Of a stretch of DNA of 64,000 bases, positions 62,746 through 64,000 are shown piece after piece (positions within the stretch are counted from its first letter, which is position 1; every line of letters begins with the position of its first letter). The translations under genes were made by a program, and so were the position numbers. The stretch spans positions 59,646,001-59,710,000 of the forward strand of contig NC_086097.1 of the NCBI RefSeq assembly GCF_963921235.1, written 5' to 3'. The notes under the pieces are model-generated. The model saw nothing but the letters and a program-made list of their open reading frames with translations. It was not told where the DNA came from and did no database searches. This DNA is from Mobula hypostoma (lineage: Eukaryota).

Positions 62746-63807
62746 TTACTTTTAAAGTTACTAATCTATTCCGATTGTCTGTAAATTCTCTGACTAACTG
62801 CATGTGTTGCTAAAAGACTAGTAGTCAGTTTGGAGACAGGACTTTAGGATCCATCAACTGTCACCCCAGTGACTTTCTAGACCAGTTTGCTTTCGTGAAG
62901 CTTTGAGCATAATTGGGAACTGTGCAGTAACACAAAGTTATATAGCTCTGGTCTTAACCAGGATTGCGGTGGACAGATGAGACAAAAGCCATATTGAGCA
63001 CGGTCTGGTCCATTATGCCTTTATGGAAAATAATGTCTCACTGAATTGGGTAGGTTGCAGAGCTGGGACCCATATTTCAGTGCTGAGCAACTGCACTGCT
63101 CGATCAGCCCACCTATTGGCAGCTCCAACAAGCAGGCTCTCTGAAATGAGCCGTAGTCAGTTCTTCATTGGATTCACACCAGGTTCTTAGCCTAATGCTG
63201 CTCAACGTTTGCAGGGCAATGTTTGCACCAAGTTCCCAGCACAACTGTGTTCAGTAACATTCTTTCTGTAAACCTGGCCTTTCAACACTGATCCATTCGC
63301 ACTTTTGTTCCTGGCAAGTGAGATAACAGCATACATGGAGATGGTACATACTGAAAGGACCAAATATCCTTTTTCAGTGGCCATCAGTTATTTAAAACTT
63401 GACGAATACACAATCATCTTCATTAAAATTACTTCTTTTGTGATACAAAAAGTGGTTTAATGCTGGATCAGTTTTCTACTTTTAAACATATCAAGTAATG
63501 TATTATGCAGTGCAATTGAACAATATATTCTAAAATTCTGCCTGATTTCATGAGTTAATGGAAATTTACTTTTTGATGCAAATCAGATAAGAGTAAAATT
63601 ATGAACCATAAGGTCAATTTTCAATAATTTGAGCAGATTTTTTCAGGTCTGTCAGGTACAACCACAGTAGAAACCATCTTCCTATATTTTTATGCTAATA
63701 AAATTCAACAGCAACAATGAAATTCAATGAAAAGGGTAATTGCCTGTAAGAAAGTCATGATTTTTGTTTTATTTAAAACATTGTTGCCTGCTGTTGTTCA
63801 ATTTCAG

Positions 63808-64000
63808 GGTTTTGATTTGCGTCAAGTGACTGACAATGATGATGAACCTCCACAGGAAAGTGTCAATTTCTTACAGAAAAGGAAGAACTTTGTTGAAAAT
63901 CAGACATATAATGATGAAAATAGAGCAGTTGTTCAGAATCTACGGAACAAAATTATCATCAAAAGAAATTCATTCGCTCCCACACTTGTCAGCCTGTCGT
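63808..64000 (+). CDS. Candidate host-gene coding exon (unidentified protein), runs off the window end
   Basis: Acceptor tgttgttcaatttcag, then 64 open codons GFDLRQVTDNDDEPPQESVNFLQKRKNFVENQTYNDENRAVVQNLRNKIIIKRNSFAPTLVSLS; no TE motif; the other two frames contain stops. Confidence 0.6.

Noticed and set aside
1..64000. Prokaryotic-type system (retron, DGR, group II intron, CRISPR-associated RT) suggested by the many RT ORFs
   Set aside because: All RTs carry CR1, L1 or Gypsy signatures with LINE tails, TSDs or LTRs; no operon structure and no repeat-spacer array

Overview
Eukaryotic, vertebrate-type genomic DNA that is mostly transposable-element debris, with no prokaryotic operon, CRISPR array, rRNA or true tRNA gene. 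The repeat repertoire (many CR1 LINEs, Rex1/Babar, Penelope, L1, RTE, Gypsy LTRs, Tc1, tRNA-derived SINEs) looks to me like a cartilaginous fish, probably a ray; that is pattern-based inference, not a database result. The largest structure is a 12 kb nest at 6452-18408: a Gypsy element interrupted by a CR1, which is itself interrupted by a 5'-complete L1 and by a younger CR1 with a 684-codon open RT frame. Several smaller nests have readable target-site duplications (TSDs). The only plausible host-gene sequence is an unidentified + strand coding exon from 63808 to the window end, so much of the window may be intronic or upstream of that gene. I found no convincing previously undescribed system. 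The best leads are a decayed Penelope hammerhead ribozyme, a SINE and RTE LINE sharing a 3' tail, a three-TIR Tc1 derivative, a two-copy non-coding ~0.65 kb retroelement, and a speculative first exon with an in-frame TGA. Boundaries of old repeats are approximate and all alignments were done by eye.
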